DNA from: Moniliella sp. 'wahieum'
Lineage: Eukaryota
Direction of reading: 5' to 3'
Length of the DNA: 64,000 nt
NCBI GenBank assembly: GCA_003971905.1
Contig: RSEE01000134.1
Span: 1 to 64,000 of the forward strand
Shown here one piece after another: positions 26,876 to 38,299 of the stretch; the first letter of the stretch is position 1, and the number at the start of each line of letters is the position of its first letter. The notes below the pieces were generated by a model, which was not told the DNA's origin, did no database searches, and saw only the letters and a program-made list of their open reading frames with translations. The translations under genes were made by a program, and so were the position numbers.

Positions 26876-28520
26876 GGGGGGGGTGGAGGAGGGCCAAGCA
26901 AAGAACAGCAGCAGGGGCGGACGGACGGGAGGAGGAAGACGTCTCGCGGGCGGGTGGAAAGGTGCTTAAAACAAGGAGCGTGGGAAGGGGAGGGTACGAG
27001 GACCGAGCTGCTGGTACTCTCCCCTGTTGCGCATGCTGTCGCTAATCGATCTTGGTGATCGAGTAAGATAACCCACCGAAAGGGACAAAAATATATCGAT
27101 GCCCCATCCACGCTCCCACCGATTGGCCAGCCCAGGCGCGGGGCAATTGCTACTAGTTACTAGTTGCTGGCGCCGCCCCGATGACATGTGCCACGCGCGG
27201 AGGGGCGTAGGCGGGGGCACAGGGGCAGTGTGCCAGGAGGCGCAGCGCCAGCAAGGGGCCAGTGCTCGAAAGCTTAGCTCGCCCGCTGGAACCAGGTAAC
27301 CCACCCGAGGAGAGTGCGGAGCCTACCCAGCTGGGCCGCTCGGCTGAAGCTGAGGCTGAGCCTCGGCGCGTCGGCGGCTCAGCCAGACGCTTTCCGCGGC
27401 ACCCGTCTGGGCCAGTGCCAGCACTGCGCCGCCCACCTGCTCCCATCCCACCCCGTAGTCCCACGCCTCCCGCCCATGCCACCCTCGCCTCGTCATCTTC
27501 CCATTGCCATTCCCACTGCGATTCCCATTGCGATTCCCATTGCGCTGCCCACTCCCATGCCCCCGTTCATGCCCACTGGCACACAGTACGCCCATGCACC
27601 GCTACGTACCCCCCCATCCCTCGGCCCTTCTCAAGCATCACGACGCACACCCATGGATTCAGCACGCGCACCAAGCACCCCCACGCAGCAGCGGATCGAT
27701 CGGGCCAGAGAGACCGATCGAGATCACGTCCCGTCCACCCAACCCGGCGGGACGAGCACGGTGCCACGCTCGAGTGATAAGATCCACAGGCGATCAACTA
27801 CCTGGTGCTGATGCATATGATACTGGAGATGGTTGATGATTGATGAGAGGCTTTAATTTACTTTCAGCGTGGGACGGAACGTTCATCTTGTACCAAGTTG
27901 CAAGTTGGAGGCTGGAGGCTGGAGGTTGAAGGCTGGAGGCTGCAAGCTGGAACCGAGCGCGAGGCAGCAGAGAGAACTGAAAACTGGAGTCGGTATGGCG
28001 AGTAGAATGAGATAAGCGTGGAAGGGGGCTCGGGGGGCAACTTTCCCACTGCACGTCTTGGAAGGCAGCGCGCATGGCAGCCAGCAGGAAGGGTAGCATG
28101 GTAACAACATGAAACAGAGTGGTGAACGCGGTGGGAAACGGAACATAACAACAGCAGTGAGAGATTGCTTGGGTGGTGCGCGACGCGTAGCGAGTGAGCG
28201 AGTGCCAACAGGCACACGCTACGCGTCGCAGCAAGGAAATGAGCTGAAGAGACGAGCGCACAGTAGGATCGCTCTGACGCGGATGCAGGACGCAGAACGC
28301 GTCATATGTGTGTGCTTGGCTTAAAGATAGGGGGGAGGAGAGACATCCACTTGGTCAAACCCGTTCGAGGGAGGGAATGGGCATGGGGTAAGGATATTGA
28401 CACGTATCCACCTAATCCACGCGTACACGCACCCAAACCTAGTGCTGCGCGGCAGGGGATAGAGTCGCCGTGCTTTGTTCGACCCTGGAGGCCAGCTTGC
28501 CTCCAGACTCGTACGTGCGC

Positions 28521-28634
28521 CTATTGGTCACGAGGGCGATCGTACTTGCGGAAAGGGTCGTGGTTGCAGTAAGGGCACAGCGGCGTGTCGCTCTTCAACC
28601 CCTCGTAGCACCAGTTGCAGATGATCGGGTCCAT
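28521..28634 (-). CDS. Putative 37-aa zinc-ribbon microprotein MDPIICNWCYEGLKSDTPLCPYCNHDPFRKYDRPRDQ
   Basis: CNWC-x10-CPYC motif; tctaccATGg start context; GC-ending codons; upstream TATA (29089-29099), CT-rich leader and 5'UTR intron 28750-28920. First AUG of the predicted spliced transcript. Too short for the supplied ORF track. Confidence 0.7.
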   Translation of the reverse strand: MDPIICNWCYEGLKSDTPLCPYCNHDPFRKYDRPRDQ

Positions 28635-29088
28635 GGTAGAGGATAGAAAGGGAGATGGTGAGGGGCCAGTTGGCAATAAGGCAGATTGGAAGCGAGAACA
28701 GCTTGAGACTCAGAAGGGACCCGGTTGAGGTTGAGGACGGCACGGGAACCTGCAGTGATGCAAAGGATTGGAGAATGCGGTCATCAGGTCAGTACAACTC
28801 TGCTGTGCGAGAATAATAAATGTGGCCTCGGCTCTGGCATATCAGCAGGTATGTACATGCACAGGACTTGGTACAATGCCATAATGCAAGAGACGCGAGG
28901 GTGGCGCGGAAGATACGCACCTTGATCAGCGAGCAGACGAAGGCGACGGGCAGAGGAGTGGCAAAGCAGAGGAGATGGTGATGGAGCAAACCAGAGGGGA
29001 GAAGCGTGCGCGAGAAGCACTACTAGGAGAAGAGAGAAGACGCAGGCGAGGGATGCCGAGATGCTGTGCGATAAGATGATCGTCGCGG

Positions 29089-29099
29089 ATATATAAATA
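29089..29099 (-). promoter_or_regulatory. TATA-like element (TATTTATATAT) of the predicted microprotein transcript
   Basis: Isolated AT island in GC-rich DNA, followed on the minus strand by a pyrimidine-rich, AUG-free leader and a CAAG|GTGCGT splice donor. Confidence 0.55.
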
Positions 29100-31129
29100 C
29101 CCCACGTCTCGACAGGGGGGCAGCACAGCGCTGCACCGCTGCCCAACCGGCAAGTGGCTCGGCATAGGTCCGAGTCATCTTGCTATCATTGCCATCCGTC
29201 TTGAAGCTTGAAGCTTCACAGCTTCGCCTCCTCTGCGTCATCGCGCGTGCGCGCCATCATGCATCGTGCGTGTGAGTCGTGTCCGCTGTGTGTTGACCAA
29301 CCACGAAGAGATGCCGAGTGCGACGGGGCGTCAGATTGTCCGAACAAAATGGTACAGGGGGAGGAACTGTCCGAACGATGGCCTCGTGCATCATCGAATC
29401 ATCCACGTTCAATGTTCAACAAGGCGCGACGTTGGACGCTGGCCTCGTTCCCCTCCTGTCCCGTTGGCGATTCAGGAGGACACTCTCCGGGGGCAGCCGG
29501 GGGCCTCCTGTGGCCCCACGGCGCAACACGTGCCGCCGCCTGCGCCATCGCCCAATCTCCCCATCCGGGATTGATAACGCGTAAGCGCGTAAGGCCTAAG
29601 GCCTAAGGAGCGAAGCAACGTGATGCGTGACATGTGACACACCGGTGCTAGGGTTCGTACTTGGTGCCTGGGTGGGATGCGGGGTGAGCCGGGGAGGGGG
29701 GCAGTGTGCTCCGGCTGAGCGCCACGTTGTACCGCGCCCACACCCGCAGTGCTAGGCGCTAGGCGCTAGCCGCCGCCTGCCCCAGCGTCCCATCTGTAGT
29801 GGCAGGCGGCGCAGCCTAATCGAGATTCGCTGGCCAACGTGGCGCTCATTGTTTACCGCCGCAGGCGACAGCACGCCGGAACAAAGAGCTGCTGTGGCTG
29901 GCGGGGGGGATCTGTATGTGTACGCGCCTAGTCTGACCGACCTAGTCGGCTCCATTGTTATCCATGGTATCGAGTACGGGTTACTAGCTAATTCAGTTAT
30001 CAAGCTACCCAGCTACCAATCGTACCCGGTACTGCCGTACTGAGTCAAGTGCACTGCCCCTGCGATGGCGTAGCTAGCTTGCCCAACGCCCAGCGCCCAG
30101 CGCCCACAGGTGATTCCGTCCGCCGTGCGAGCACGAAGGCGAGGGGAAGATGTGATGCATGTGACAGGAGTGTGACACGTGGTGGGAGGGCGTGCGGGTG
30201 CGTGCGCTTTGGGCTGTTGTCGATCCGTGATATACAGATCTCAGATCAATCTATCAATCCAATCTGAATCACGCGATCACGTGCCCCACCAGCGGCGGCG
30301 CCTCTGGCCTTAGCCTCTGGCCTCTGGCCTCTGGCCTTAGGCCTTATCTCTGGCGGCAACCTACCACCTGGTCTGGGGATTGGTGGATTCCCCCTTGCTG
30401 GTGCGGCGGGCAACTACTCTGCACGTGCAGCCCAGCTGCAAAGAGTACCGCAAGCACCACGCACGGATTGATGAGTGCTCCAGGCCTCGGATTCAGGCCT
30501 CAGGCTGAGGCACCAGAGCACGCATCGCGACAGGAGACTATGTAACCCCCCCCCCCCTTTTTGCGTGCGTCGCCCCCAGCTTCCAGCAAACAAGGTGGGG
30601 CGGGGGGGGGGGGGCGGCGGGGGGCAGGGTCTGGCAGGGGAGGCGCGCTACGCCTAGGTATGCAGTATGGCCAAACCGTTCAGGTTCAATGTTCAGACGT
30701 TCAGGTGTCGATCAGATGGCCGCGCACGCGGTCACGTGTGCATGCTTCGGCCGTAGCAGAGGTTCGATGTCGATGACCGGACCATAGCTGCCTTTTCTAT
30801 AGCTACCACGGTCAGGTTGGCCTTTCTTTCTGGGGAGGACTCGGACTCGGCGTTCAGCGTGCCAAGACGGAAATCTGAGGCGAGGAGGGCGCTGAACCAG
30901 CGCTAAACGCGTCAGCTGAGCGCTTAGGAGATCCGGACCGGTGGCCATACTGACAACCACCATCGATTCTTGAGATCACCACAATCTCGCCAACGTATCG
31001 TCAAGACCCACCCATCAGACACTTGCATCAGATTCAGAACTCAGACCAGTCCTGGGAACGGAGAGGAGAGGTCCAGGAAGCCACATATAGGCTTCTCTGA
31101 AGTATGGGGGCCCCTATATAGAAGCCAAC

Positions 31130-31525
31130 TTCAGCTTGAAGCTTGAAGGAGCGGCGGAGCGTTCGCTGTGAACGTTCGGGCTGAACTTCAGCGCGCAGAC
31201 GTTGAACGTTGAACGTTGAACTTCAACGCTTGAGCGCTTGAGCCAGAATGGGCTTGCTTTCTTGACCCTGTGTGGCTTGTTGAAAACGTTGAAGCTTTGA
31301 GTACGTTGAGTACGGCGAGTCCGAGAGTACCTGTGTTGTTGGACAACTGAGCCTCAAACGCTGAGGGGCTGAGGGGGTTGAGGGGCTGAAGGGCTGAAGG
31401 GCTCAGGCTGAGCGCTGAGGGTTAGCTGAGACCAGAGGCTCAGCCGCTCAGCGTTCAGCTAAGCTGAGCCCGGCTGAGCGCTGAGGTCGCTGAGGTCGCT
31501 GAGGCCTGAGGCCTGAAGCTGAGTG
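31130..31525. repeat. Dense degenerate array of YTGAR/YTCAR-core short repeats
   Basis: gttgaacgttgaacgttgaac, gctgaggggctgagggggttgaggggctgaagggctgaagg, gctgaggtcgctgaggtcgctgagg. The ORF track has no ORF between 30963 and 31866. Confidence 0.8.
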
Positions 31526-34104
31526 CTTTTGTACCAGGGAGGGTTGGCGTTTGCTGGTCTTCTTGGCCTTGAAGTTTGACGTTTGACATGTGGCACTTGA
31601 CGCTTAGCGCTGGCAAAACACTTGGCCCGTCAGACGTCTGACGCGCGACGGGGTGTGTGCGGTACTACGCCGACGACGCCGACGTGAACGAGAGGATGAG
31701 GGGATTATATCGATTACCGATTATCGACTATCGAGTATAGGTGCTGGGCGTTTGGTGGACTTGAGGCTTTTTAGGAGTTACTAGTTACTGGGTATCGGTT
31801 ACCACAGCTGTCGGAGGTACTAATAGTTCCCGGTTCCCGGTTACCAGCTACCACACAGCCTATAGTTACCCATTGTAGTAAAGCGGTGGGGGGCACGCAG
31901 CGTAAGGCGTACATGTAAGAGGGGACCGGTGACGGTGAACGGGGACTCGCAAATAGGCTAACATTTTAGGCAGTGTGCTGGTGTTCTTGTGCCTGGGCAG
32001 CATATATAGGAGGAGGCAGCTGCGCAGCAAGCGCATGATCTGCATGCTCACTCGATCACACGTCAAGCTTCAAGAGTCACATGCACATACGTACTACGTA
32101 GTCCGGAGTACGTACCGAGCACTGCGTCTTCCTATCCGTCTCAGATCTCACGTACGCGTACGGGCGTCCCCTACTTGAGCATCGTTTCCTCGTTCTTGTA
32201 GCGATGCCACATTTCGATTTGGGTGGCACGTCAAGCGGTACAAACGATCAATGACGTCGATGGGGTGGACTGTAAAAGCAGCTAGGAGATGATACAGAGG
32301 TCAGTGTAGGGTGAGTACTAAGCCGCCGGTGACCGGTGACCGTTCCCCAAGAGCGTGACGGGCGGTGTGGTTTTTGGTTTGCGGAAACGTCCATGGTTCA
32401 AGCCAGCAGCAGACAGGAACCCAGGAACCTGGATGCCATTTTCCACACAGCCATAGGGGGGCGCACAGCCATTCCGTATGACTGCTATTGCACCCTATTG
32501 TACAACGAATTTCACTCCATTAAAAGTTGAACCCAACCGTTTCGCGTTGATACGCCTTACTGCGTTACCGCCTGCTTCACTAGCAGAATGCCGGCCTATT
32601 TGATTGGCCGAACCAAAGGCATGGGTCTGTGCTTGCGAGAGCCTGGGCCTGCGGTCTGAGGATCGCGGAGGCCGCTCTGCCTTCCATCTGAGACAGACCC
32701 GAAAGCTCGGTCTGAGCCGTGCGCGCATGGACGCATGAGCATGAGCGCATGAGTGCACGAGCACAGAACATCAGGTGGCGGCAAGGTGGGGGCAGGGAGG
32801 CGTCGAATTTTGGGCTCCTGCCAGTGGGTTAGGCACCACAATGGGTTGTGGCCACAGTTCAATTGAGCCCCGTTTTCTCACGCCTGCCAGGGAGCATTGG
32901 GCAATACGGCGGCATCGGGCTACGGGATGATCGATGGATGACGCGTCGATGACGGCATGCCGTCGCCAGTCTGATCGTGGTGTAGGAGTGGGGTGACCGG
33001 TGACCGTCACCGACTGGCTGGGCCGTGCGCGTTTGCGTTTGCGTTTGCACTTGCGTTTGCGTTTGCGTTTGGCTCTGGACAGGCGATGACATACCCAAAC
33101 GGCAAGGAACATGGAACGCAGGGCGACCGTCATTTTGATTTGCGACTCGCATGGGCGTGCGCGGGCATAGCGTCTTGCCTGCGTCTGTCTGTTGTGCTAG
33201 CCGTGGTGACTGAGGCCAGGTGGTGTCTTGGGGGAAATCCGCCCCCGCGTTAGAAATCCCTCATGGCGTCATCGACGACGCTTGGGCAGCGGCAGGGCGG
33301 AGGAGACAAAGCAGCGGCTGGGGGTTGGGCGGGGCAAGGGTGGCCCTGCAGGCGCGGTGAGTGGGTGGGGCTGTGTGTGGGATAGTGCCGTGCCGCTCGC
33401 AGCAGGACGCAGACTGAGGTGGTGCCGGCGCCGACAGTGGCGCCTGGGCCGACAGGGTGCGCACGGGGGCTTTGAACGCGGCAGGGCGACTGGCGTGGTG
33501 CCTGCAGCCCTCGCCGGGCACTGTGCCGTCCTGCTCGGCGCCACGCCAGCCGGCCGACGCAGGGCCGACCCTGCCGAGGCCTAGTGCACCCATGCCTGTC
33601 CTGCCGCGCGGCTGCTGCCCTGGGACATGGAATCACTAATCACTACCAAAGAGCTCGTGCACGTGCCTGCTGCCACAGCAGTGCTCCCACCCCCTGCCGC
33701 CCCCCTGCGACCACCAATATACAATGCGCGCGCACCGCCTTGTCTCATGCGGCCATCACCAGCACCAGCGCAGCGCGGCGCACGCGCATGCGCACTGGCC
33801 ACTCGGTACTGCGGCCCTCGCCGCGCACACACCCCAACACCGGCCCCGTGCGCCTCCCGCATTTCCCCAGCGCCGGCGGGGGGGCAGCGTCGCGGGCTGT
33901 GCGCAGGGCACACGGCCGCTGTGAAACGCTGCGTCCAGTGATGCTGGTGCATGATGCATGATGCATGCAGAAGAGGAAATAATGCAGAACACAGTGCACC
34001 GCCGTGCGAAGAGGCTGTGCGTGCTTGGCTGCGCTTGGCCCAGCACACCCGCCCCCTGCCCCCTGCCCATCTTCCCACTCTTCTTCGTGTCGACCCGTCG
34101 GGGC

Positions 34105-34120
34105 ACGCGCATGTATATAA
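34105..34120 (+). promoter_or_regulatory. ACGCGCATG-TATATAA core promoter element of the fasciclin gene
   Basis: TATA box about 80 bp before ATG 34203. An identical 16-mer occurs at 45202-45217. Confidence 0.65.
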
Positions 34121-34202
34121 GCTGCCCAACCGCACCCCAGCACACCCGCCTTGGTCTGCCCATCTGCCCCTCTTCTCTTCTCCTCTCACTCCTTCTCGTA
34201 CC

Positions 34203-35617
34203 ATGCGCACCTCCGCTGTCTTTGCCGCTGCCGCCGCCGCCGGCGCGTACGCCCTGCCCCAGTCCCGCCAGGCCGCCAACGCCAGCGAGACGCTCATCAA
34301 CGACCTCAAGTCGCACAACCTCACCCAGCTCGCCAACCTCCTGTCCAACAACATGGTTGTTGCCGACAAGATCGTTGCCAATGCCGGCGAGAAGCTCTTC
34401 CTTGCGCCCGTTGACGCTGCCATCACCGGCCTCCCCGCCTGGGTCTCGGGCAACCAGACCGAGCTCCAGGCCACGCTCCTTCAGCACGGTATGTCTTTTT
34501 TGCTTCCCTCCGGTTCATTCTTTGTTGCAGTGTATTGACTGGCGTTTCTCTGTGCAGTCCTCAACGGCTCCTTCCCCGTGGACCAGATTCCCAACGCGCC
34601 CACGCACGCTCTTGGCTACTCGCTCCTTACCGACGGTGCCTTTGCTGCTCAGCCCGGTGGCAATGGTCTGCCCATTTCGCTGTCCAAGCGTGGCGACGGA
34701 CCCTTTGACGTGTTTGAGGGTCTCAACTCGGATGCTGTTACCGAGACGCCGTTTGGCATCTCGAACAACATCACTGTTGCGCCTATTGCCCAGGCCATCA
34801 CTGTGCCCGGCACCACGTCGTACACGCTTGGCTTTGTCGCTCACCAGACGCAGCTGGTCAACACGCTGGCCAACTCTACCTACTTCAACGTCAACGACCT
34901 TGACTCGCTTCCTGGTGTGACGGTGTTTGTTCCTACCACGGAAGCCTGGACGGCCGCTGCTGACAAGATCAACGCGACGGGCAACGCTACCATTGTGGCC
35001 TTGCAGCACATTATTCAGAACCGTGCTGCGTTTACGCCGTGCTGCTGCGCACCCAGGGCTCGCTCGTCAATGCTGCTGGCCAAGACGTGTACTACGAGGC
35101 GAGCAACAACTCTGTCCGTGTCGGTTCGAGCTGGGCCCAGATTATCCAGTCGGACATTATCTCGAAGAACGGTGTGATCCACACTGTGAACAATGTCCTG
35201 ATTGACTCGAACTACAACGAGTCGCGCTCGATTGCCGCTGCCCTGTCGGCGCGCAAGTCGTTCCACGGCCCCGTTACTGGTTTTATCCAGGGCGACAATG
35301 CTGGTTCGACCCAGGGTCCTGCCGTGCCCGGCCCCGACGCCAACAACCCCGCTACAGGCTTCTCTAACTCTACTGTGGCCGGTAACGACAACGGTGCCAA
35401 CACGACGGGTACCGGCGGCCCCAACGGCACGGGCAACAACACATCTGGCAATGGCACCACCAGCGGTTCCGGCAACGGTACCAGCGGCAGCGGCAAGGGC
35501 AACGGCAACGGCAACGGTTCCGGCAAGGGCGGCAAGCCCAACGCTGCGGGCTCGTTGTACGTCAAGATGGCCGGTCTGCTCGGTGTGGCTGCCGTGTCGG
35601 CGGCTTCGCTGCTTTAA
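34203..35617 (+). CDS. Secreted, probably GPI-anchored fasciclin (two FAS1 domains)
   Basis: Signal peptide MRTSAVFAAAAAAGAYA; LFLAPVDAA...LLQH|VL (intron 34489-34557); VTVFVPTTEA; DIISKNGVIHTVNNVL; G/N/T-rich stalk; hydrophobic C-terminal tail after NAAG. Confidence 0.9.
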
Positions 35618-36592
35618 ACGCCGTCTGCACAGCGCCTATCTCCCTCTTTTCCCCGCTGGGTGGTCTTGGCTCCTGTCGTGAGCAGTTTGCCCTCCCCCCC
35701 CCCTAGCGCCCCTTCTCTATGTTTGAAAAAAGCCCCGTGATTCTACCCGTTATACCTTTTTACGGCTCCTCTCCGTCCGTCGATTCCCCCTCCGTTTTCC
35801 AAAACTTCACTCCCCTCGATCCCCCGTATGCCCCCCCCCCCTCGTATTCTTCTTGTTTTTTCTCTATCCCCGTTTTCTCGTTTTCATGTCTCTTGTGCCG
35901 GTCTCGACTGTTGTCGGGTCCGTTGCCCCCCTCCCCTCCCCCCGCTACAAGTTCCATATGCCCCTTTACCCCACTGTGGCGTGCGCTGGATTCAGCTGAA
36001 TTTCTCTTCCTGCTGGACGTAGCTCTAGGAATACTGTATGCATTACCCCATCTTGCTCCTGATTCAGTCGGTTGTTTTGCCTTTGGGCCCCTGACGCTTG
36101 AAGCCGATCCCGCGCATGGTGCGGTGCACCACCGCCGTTGTCCGGATATTGGCGTTCGTATCAGCACGGTTGACACAGTTCTTAAGTTTTGAGCCTCAGC
36201 TCATCCCTCAGTTGGTCTGGCGCTTGACGGCAGTCGGATTGCCTTGAGAGTGTGTCCCCTGGCAGTGGTCTTGCTTTGTGATGCACGCGCGCGACTTTGT
36301 GCGCAGGGCCACGGGCGCATGTGATGCTGAGTGCTATGCAAGCATTCGCATGTGCGAGTGAGCCGACATGGTAGACTTGGGCCTTGCTGAGCTCAGCGCT
36401 GAGATCCAATGGTGAGGCGGATTGTGCGTGTCTGGAAGCTGGAAGCTGGAAGCGCGACGGCAATTGGTAAAAAGCGCTGGCGCTGATGGGATGTGTCTCG
36501 GTGGGACGGAAGGTGTGGGTCTGACAGAAGCCGATAATGTAAGTGAGCAATGAGTGTTGTTATTATCCTTTGCTTCACCGTCAAAGCATTAA

Positions 36593-36673
36593 GGACGGCT
36601 GGCGCAATGGTAGCGCGTCTGACTACGACTGGTTGTAATCAGGAGGTTGCAGGTTCGACCCCTGCGTCGTTCG
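36593..36673 (+). tRNA. tRNA-Arg(ACG) with 9-nt intron (36629-36637)
   Basis: Acceptor stem GGACGGC/GTCGTTC, D arm GCGC-AATGGTA-GCGC, anticodon arm TCTGA-CT-ACG-A|intron|A-TCAGG, T arm GCAGG-TTCGACC-CCTGC. Confidence 0.95.
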
Positions 36674-36693
36674 ACCCGACAGGGCGTCCTTTA

Positions 36694-36699
36694 TTTTTT
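36694..36699 (+). terminator. RNA polymerase III terminator (T6)
   Basis: TTTTTT about 20 nt downstream of the tRNA 3' end. Confidence 0.8.
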
Positions 36700-36858
36700 G
36701 GGCGGGCGACTCAGCACCATCTCCGCAATCTCCGGCGTGTGACATGAGATGGTGCACGGTACCACTTTGGGAGCTGGCCACTGGCGCGGGCGACGGCAGC
36801 GTGGTACTCGCATCCATCTCCGCCCGACGGCGCACATCGCATCCTTACCACTGGCCGG

Positions 36859-38101
36859 ATGGCAACCTTCTCCTCCTCCACCTTCTCTGCCGCGGGCTAC
36901 CTGGCGTTCCGGCCGAGCTACCCGGCGTGGGTGTACGAGCTGGTGGCGCAGTACCATGCCACGGGGCGCATCAGCGCACAGGCGCTGCTGGCTGCGCAGC
37001 GCGGCACGCCTGCGTCGCAGCTGCATCCGCCGCCTGCCGTGGCCGGCGTTGGGTGGGCGCGTGCGCTGGACCTGGGCTGTGGCCCTGGGATCGGGTCGCT
37101 GCCGCTGCTGACGTACTTTGACTCGGTCACCGCCGTGGACCCGTCCAAGAAGATGATTGAGCAAGCGCTGCGGGATGCGCACGACGCCTCCTTGCCCGAC
37201 TCGATCCGCCCGCGCCCGCTCCTGCCCGGCTCCGTGTCCGCGGCTGTCACGCATGCTGAACCGCATGGAAAGCTGGGCTCCATCACGTACCTGCTGGACG
37301 ATGCGCTGAGCCTGGCCACCTATCTCGGCCAGTTTGGCGTCCAGACCCCCACCGATCCGGTTCCCGACCAGGCCAAGGTCGACCTCATCGTTTCCTTTCA
37401 AGCGTCGCACTGGTTCACGCCGTATGCACGCATGTGGGAGACGTTTGATAAGGTGCTACGGCCGGGAGGCAGCGTCATCTGTGTCATCTATTCCGAAGTT
37501 TACTTTCCCGACTACCCTGGCTTGACCCCGCTGGTTACCCAGTACACCCAGGGCCAACCTCTGCCCGATGCAGAGGATGGCCTGGGGGGCTACTGGGAGC
37601 CCGGGCGACAGATTCTTAACGATGGGATGATTGACTTGCCCGCGCCTTGGGTGGTGGAGCGAACAGGATCGTCCGCATCCGCTTCCGCGTCCGCCTGGGA
37701 CAAGAGTTCCTTCACCCGTCGCATCTTTAGCAATGCTGAAGGAACCAATGCGACGCCGCGTTGGCCCGCGCAGACTGTTCCTGCACCAGAGACGGAAGGT
37801 GCTAGTGGGGGCACTCCGTTGTCGAAGGAGGAGCTGGTAGCTTCCTCTGAACTGGCCATGTCCAAGCGTGCAGATTGGGATACCCTCCCGCTACCTCAGC
37901 ACTTTTTCCGCCTTGCACAATTACCGTCAAGCGCGCCCAGATGACGCGAAGAACCAGGGGGGCATCGTAGAACGGTTCCTTGTCCGGTTACGAGCTGCGA
38001 TGCTCGACGTGGAGCGGACGGCGGACCCGGATGCGTCGCTGCCGCAACACTTTACCCTTCAGTGGCCACTGCACGTGGTCGCAGTCAAGAAGACGGGGTA
38101 G
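36859..38101 (+). CDS. Class I SAM-dependent methyltransferase, trans-aconitate 3-methyltransferase (Tmt1/Crg1)-like
   Basis: MATFSSSTFSAAGYLAFRPSYP, ALDLGCGPG, AVDPSKKMI, VDLIVSFQASHWF, VLRPGG, GGYWEPGR. Frameshift near 37885; ends WPLHVVAVKKTG. Confidence 0.85.
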
Positions 38102-38299
38102 GCTACTCACCGGCGTGGCGTGCATTCCTGGCTGCGCTAGTAATAAACAACCAACTGCAAGATGGAAACTGCCTCGACCAGATTTAATCCGTTCCACTTC
38201 GTCTATACTGTCTATCAGGTTCGGGATGGAGGTCGGGACTATCGGTAGAATAGATAGATGATCGATGACGTGAGCGAGAAACGTAAAGCGTAAAACTGG

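Noticed and set aside
29200..34100. Numerous 60-300 aa Arg/Ala/Pro-rich ORFs in the intergenic region
   Set aside because: Expected by chance in GC-rich DNA. They show no domains, good start contexts or consistent splice structure.
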